A DNA stretch of 61,117 nucleotides from Solirubrobacterales bacterium (GTDB lineage Bacteria > Actinomycetota > Thermoleophilia > Solirubrobacterales > 70-9), in assembly GCA_036489595.1 (NCBI GenBank), contig DASXFL010000067.1:1-61117 (forward strand). The letters are read 5' to 3'. Every line of letters starts with the position of its first letter. Position 1 is the stretch's first letter. The notes under the pieces were generated by a model, which was given only the letters and a program-made list of their open reading frames with translations, ran no database searches and was not told the origin of the DNA. The translations under genes and the position numbers were made by a program. This document shows, piece after piece, positions 57,028-61,117 of the stretch.

Positions 57028-58461
57028 GTGACCGACGTCCAGAGCGCCCGCGACAAGCGATGGATCGCCCTGATCCTGCTCTGCACCGCCCAGTTCGTCG
57101 TCGTCCTCGACGCCTCGATCGTCAACGTCGCCCTGCCGACGATCCAGAAGGCGCTGGACTTCTCCGAGAGCAGCCTCGCCTGGGTGGTCAACGCCTACGT
57201 CCTCACCTTCGGCGGCTTCCTTCTGCTCGGCGGCCGCCTCGCCGATCTGCTGGGTCGGCGGCGGATCTTCATGGGCGGCCTCGTCCTCTTCGCCGTCGCC
57301 TCGCTGGCCGGCGGCCTTGCCGCCACCTCCGGCCAGCTGATAGCCGCCCGCGCCGTCCAGGGCCTCGGCGCCGCGATCCTCTCCCCCGCCGCCCTCTCGA
57401 TCGTCGCCACCACCTTCAAAGACGGCGCCGAGCGCAACAAAGCACTGGGGATCTGGAGGGCGGTGGCGGGCTCCGGCGGCGCCGCCGGGGTGCTGCTCGG
57501 CGGCGTCCACACCGAAGGGCTCGGATGGGAATGGGTGCTCTGGGTGAACGTCCCGATCGGGATCCTGGCGGCGGCGATCGCCCCCAGCCTGATCGCCGAA
57601 ACCCGCGACGAGAGCGAGGTCCGCCACTTCGACGTGCTCGGCGCGATCGCGATCACGCTCGGCCTCTCTGCTCTCGTCTTCGCCCTCCTCGACGCCGAAG
57701 AAGCCGGCTGGGGATCGGCGCAGACCATCCTCACCCTGGTCGGCTCCGGAATCGCGCTGGCCCTCTTCGTCGCGGTCGAGCGCCGCTCGCGGGCGCCGCT
57801 GGTCCCCTTCTCGATCTTCCGCGTGCGGACGATCACCGGCGCCAACGTCGCCGCGCTGCTGCTGGGGGCCTCGCTCTTCGCGATGTTCTTCTTCATCTCC
57901 CTCTACATGCAGCAGGTGCTCGGCTACGGGCCGCTCGAGGCCGGCCTCTCCTATCTGCCGCTCGCGGCCGGGATCATCGTCTCGGCCGGCATCGCCTCGA
58001 GCCTGGTCACCAGGGTCGGCTTCAAGCCGATCCTCGCGCTCGGCATGGGGCTGGTCACGATCGGGCTCCTCTGGTTCTCCCAGATCTCGACCGACGGCAC
58101 CTTCCTCGGCGACCTCCTCGGCCCCTCCCTGTTCGCCGCCGTCGGCCTCGGCTTCGCCTTCGTGCCGGTCACCATCGCCGCCGTCTCCGGGGTCGAAGAC
58201 CGCGAGCAGGGCCTCGCCAGCGGCCTCATCAACACCTCCCAGCAGGTCGGGGGCGCCCTCGGCCTGGCGATCCTCTCGGCGATCGCCAACGGCATCATCA
58301 ACGGCTCGCACGACCCGGCCAAGCTGACCGAAGGCTTCCAGGCGGCGTTCCTCGTCGGCGCCGGCTTCGCCGTCCTCGGCCTGATCGCCACCCTGGTCCT
58401 GATCCGCAGCAGCGACAGCCGCGCCCACGTCGAGCTCAGTGGCGAAGCGGCGGCGAGCTAG
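57028..58461 (+). CDS. MFS transporter, DHA2 (EmrB/QacA, 14-TM) family
   Basis: GAGGAGG lies 5 nt before the GTG at 57028. 'RWIALILLCTAQFVVVLDASIVNVALPTI', 'GGRLADLLGRRR'. Confidence 0.85.
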   Translation: MTDVQSARDKRWIALILLCTAQFVVVLDASIVNVALPTIQKALDFSESSLAWVVNAYVLTFGGFLLLGGRLADLLGRRRIFMGGLVLFAVASLAGGLAATSGQLIAARAVQGLGAAILSPAALSIVATTFKDGAERNKALGIWRAVAGSGGAAGVLLGGVHTEGLGWEWVLWVNVPIGILAAAIAPSLIAETRDESEVRHFDVLGAIAITLGLSALVFALLDAEEAGWGSAQTILTLVGSGIALALFVAVERRSRAPLVPFSIFRVRTITGANVAALLLGASLFAMFFFISLYMQQVLGYGPLEAGLSYLPLAAGIIVSAGIASSLVTRVGFKPILALGMGLVTIGLLWFSQISTDGTFLGDLLGPSLFAAVGLGFAFVPVTIAAVSGVEDREQGLASGLINTSQQVGGALGLAILSAIANGIINGSHDPAKLTEGFQAAFLVGAGFAVLGLIATLVLIRSSDSRAHVELSGEAAAS

Positions 58462-58525
58462 CGCCGAGCGCGACCGGAACGCCGCCGGCGGGCCCGAGTG
58501 CCATCTCCGTCGGATGGCCGAGTTC

Positions 58526-58559
58526 AAGCATCGACGTCGCTCCAGCGACGTCGATGCTT
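58526..58559 (+). terminator. Long perfect hairpin after the MFS gene (no U-tract)
   Basis: AAGCATCGACGTCGC-TCCA-GCGACGTCGATGCTT: a 15-bp stem 65 nt after the stop. Confidence 0.4.
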
Positions 58560-58682
58560 CAATCACGGTTCGCCCCTCGGCCACACGGACCCGCCTCAGG
58601 CGCGTCTTGTCGTCTCTAGACGCCGTCGCCTCGCTTTTGGTCTACGGTCAGGTCGACCTGGAGGAAGGAGCGAGGGGACGAG

Positions 58683-59546
58683 ATGATCGAGAGGACGGAG
58701 TACCCGGCAGGGGTGCCGTGCTGGGTCGACAGCGGACAGCCCGACCCGCTCGCGGCGGCGGAGTTCTACGGCGGGCTGCTCGGCTGGGAGATGGCGGAGA
58801 CGATGCCGCCGGGGGCTCCCGGCCACTACATCGTCGCCAGACTCGACGGCCGCGAGGTCGCGGCGGTCGGCTCGCTGCCGGCGGCGGTGCCGCAGGTGCC
58901 CGCCTGGAACACCTACGTCCGGGTCGAGAGCGCCGACGAGACCGCGGCGAAGGCGCGGGAGGCCGGCGGCTCGGTGCTGATGGAGCCCTTCGACGTCTTC
59001 GAGGCCGGACGGATGGCAGTGCTGGCCGATCCGTCGGCGGCAGCGTTCTGCATCTGGCAGCCGCGGCAGATGATCGGCGCCAGGGTCGTCAACGAGCCAA
59101 GCAGCTGGAACTGGAGTGATTTGCGCAGCGACGATCCCGAGGCGGCGACGGCGTTCTACGGCGCCGTCTTCGGCTGGCAGGCGGTCGAGCTCGACGTCGG
59201 GCCCGGCACCGCGACGCTGCTGCAGATGCCCGGTTACGGCGACTTCCTCGAGCGGACCGTCGACCCCGAGATCCGCAAGCGCCAGGAGGGCGGCGGCGCC
59301 CCGCCCGGGTTCGAGGACGCGATCGGCTGGCTGGTCCCGCTCGAGCGCAGCAGCACGCCCGACGCGGCCCCGCACTGGCACGTCACCTTCGCCGTCGACG
59401 ATGCCGACGCGACCGCGGCGCGGGCGGCAAAGCTCGGCGGCGAGGTCGTCAGCTCGCCGACCGACATGCCGTGGGTACGGATCGCCGTCCTCCGCGACCC
59501 GCAGGGCGCCACCTTCACGATCAGCAAATTCCAGCCGCCGCAGTAG
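58683..59546 (+). CDS. VOC (glyoxalase/bleomycin-resistance/dioxygenase) family protein, two tandem modules
   Basis: 'PAGVPCWVDSGQPDP...AAEFYGGLLGW' is repeated as 'SSWNWSDLRSDDPEAATAFYGAVFGW'. 'GRMAVLADPSAAAFCIWQP' is repeated as 'VRIAVLRDPQGATFTI'. Confidence 0.8.
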   Translation: MIERTEYPAGVPCWVDSGQPDPLAAAEFYGGLLGWEMAETMPPGAPGHYIVARLDGREVAAVGSLPAAVPQVPAWNTYVRVESADETAAKAREAGGSVLMEPFDVFEAGRMAVLADPSAAAFCIWQPRQMIGARVVNEPSSWNWSDLRSDDPEAATAFYGAVFGWQAVELDVGPGTATLLQMPGYGDFLERTVDPEIRKRQEGGGAPPGFEDAIGWLVPLERSSTPDAAPHWHVTFAVDDADATAARAAKLGGEVVSSPTDMPWVRIAVLRDPQGATFTISKFQPPQ

Positions 59547-60287
59547 TCAGGTCTGGCGCCGGTGCAGCTCGTTCGCCCGCGCCTGGTCGCGGGGGCGCAC
59601 GACCAGCTCGTCGACGTTGACGTGCGAGGGTTGGGCGGCGACCCAGCGGATGCACTCGGCGACTTCCGGCGCCCGCAGCGGCTCGGTGCCACGGTAGACC
59701 TCGGCCGCAGCGCCCTCGTCGCCGCCGAAGCGGACCAGCGAGAACTCGGTCTCGGTCAGGCCGGGGGCGATCTCGGTGACCCGGATCGGCTCGCCCAGCA
59801 GCTCCAGCCGCAGCGTCTGCATGACCGCCCGCTGGGCGTGCTTGGCGGCGGTGTAGCCGGCGCCGCCGCGGTAGGTCTCGAAGGCGGCGATGCTGGTGAC
59901 GCCGATCACCTGGCCGTCGCCGGAGGCGCGCAGCTTCGGCAGCAGCTCGCGCGTCATCCGCATCGTCCCCATCGCGTTCGACTCGTACATCGAGCGCCAG
60001 AGCTCTTCCTCGGCCTCCTCGACCGGCTCCAGCCCGAGCGCACCGCCGGCGTTGTTGACGAGCAGGCGGCACTCCTCCACCGCGGCGCAGAACTCGGTCA
60101 CCGAGGCGGGCTCGGTGACGTCGAGCCGGTGGGCCTCGCCGCCGATCTCCGCCGCCAGCTCCTGCAGCCGCGGCAGCCGCCGGGCGCCGAGCACGACGCG
60201 CCAGCCGTCGCCGGCCAGCGCCCGCGCCGCCGCCGCGCCGATCCCGCTCGAGGCTCCGGTGAGGACTGCGGTCTTCATCGTCGCCAC
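59547..60287 (-). CDS. Short-chain dehydrogenase/reductase
   Basis: 'AVLTGASSGIGAAAARAL', 'NNAG', 'YTAAKHA'. Confidence 0.85.
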   Translation of the reverse strand: MATMKTAVLTGASSGIGAAAARALAGDGWRVVLGARRLPRLQELAAEIGGEAHRLDVTEPASVTEFCAAVEECRLLVNNAGGALGLEPVEEAEEELWRSMYESNAMGTMRMTRELLPKLRASGDGQVIGVTSIAAFETYRGGAGYTAAKHAQRAVMQTLRLELLGEPIRVTEIAPGLTETEFSLVRFGGDEGAAAEVYRGTEPLRAPEVAECIRWVAAQPSHVNVDELVVRPRDQARANELHRRQT

Positions 60288-60414
60288 CCTAGATGAGCGG
60301 CTGCGCTGGCGGCGACAGGGCGCTGTCAGGCGCAGGGAGGCGGCTTGCGGGCGTCGAAAGGGACGCGGTGAGCAACGCCTCCGACCAGGCCCCGCCCGCT
60401 CCGATCCCGCAAGG

Positions 60415-61117
60415 GATGGACGAGCGCAGCGTCCGCATCGCCGCCCGCCTCAACACGCCGATGATGATCGCCGCGGCGCTGACCCTGCCGACCGTGGCGA
60501 TCTCCGAGTCGCACCCCGGCGGCGCCCTCGAGGCCGTCGCCATCACCCTCAACTGGACCACCTGGGTCGCCTTCGTGATCGAGCTGGTGGTGATGCTCTG
60601 GGTCGTCCCAGACCGTTGGCACTGGCTCCGCCGCCACCCCCTCGACGTCGTCATCGTCTTCCTCACGCCGCCGGTGCTGCCGGCCGGCCTGCAGAGCCTG
60701 CGGGTGCTGCGGCTGCTCCGCCTGCTGCGGCTGCTCCGCCTCGCCCAGCTCTCGCGCGAGGTGTTCTCGCTAGAAGGCCTTCGCTACGCGCTGCTGCTCG
60801 CGGTCCTCACCGTGGTCGGCGGCGGCGCCCTCTTCGTCGGCCTCGAGAAGCACAACCAGCAGCTCTCGGTCTGGGAAGGGATCTACTGGGCGGCGACGAC
60901 GATGACCACGCTCGGCTCCAACATCACCGCGACCACGACCGGCGGCGAGATCGTCACCGTCTGCGTGCTGGTCGTCGGGATCGGCTTCGTCGCCCTGCTC
61001 ACCGCCGGCTTCGCCCAGCGCTTCCTTGCCCCCGAGATCGCCGAGATCGAGCGCGAGCTCGGCGACGGCGCCGTCTCGCCGGAGGCGCTGGCGCTGCGCG
61101 AGCTGCGCAGCGTCCAG
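60415..61117 (+). CDS. Voltage-sensor-containing ion channel, 3' end outside the window
   Basis: Open to the window edge, so it is absent from the ORF track. S4-like 'LRVLRLLRLLRLLRLAQL', pore 'IYWAATTMTTLGSNITATTTGGEIV', and an inner helix. An in-frame GTG at 60367 is an alternative start. Confidence 0.75.

Overview
This is a very high-GC, actinobacterium-like chromosomal segment (possibly Thermoleophilia or Rubrobacteria; that is inference only). It is densely coded, and many genes are translationally coupled through ATGA/GTGA overlaps. I saw no rRNA, tRNA, CRISPR array, transposase or integrase.

The left quarter (1-15771) is a monoderm-style type IV pilus locus. It holds minor pilins, pilMNO, an unknown membrane protein, pilD, an Ig-like exported protein, pilA, pilC, pilT, pilB, an unknown ectoprotein and a second PilT-like ATPase. 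No secretin is present.

The rest is mostly housekeeping or accessory metabolism and transport:
- regulators: rpoD, two TetR genes, an ECF sigma/anti-sigma/lipoprotein trio;
- metabolism: glpX, two F420-type LLM oxidoreductases, aguA/aguB, a two-gene egtB-egtD module, pntAA-pntAB-pntB, a PaaI thioesterase plus thiolase, photolyase, an MTAP-like phosphorylase coupled to an MtaD-like deaminase;
- transport: a P-type ATPase, a MarR plus ABC-2 exporter, CsoR plus a His-rich permease, an OpuC-type ABC system with one frameshifted permease, two MarR/MFS units, a partial ion channel;
- signalling: a PAS-MBL-HD(SAH) trio.

The most interesting observations are:
1. Glutamate codon usage splits sharply. 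GAA dominates in exported proteins and ectodomains, GAG in cytoplasmic proteins, even within one operon and within single genes.
2. A 365-nt, lower-GC, heavily base-paired intergenic element lies between two convergent genes (35501-35865).
3. A consensus promoter followed by an intrinsic-terminator-like hairpin sits in the rpoD leader.
4. A repeated CTGCATTTGG...CCAAATGCAG hairpin occurs at two loci.
5. Several uncharacterised genes are embedded in the pilus locus.

All homology statements come from motif recognition by eye. No searches were run.
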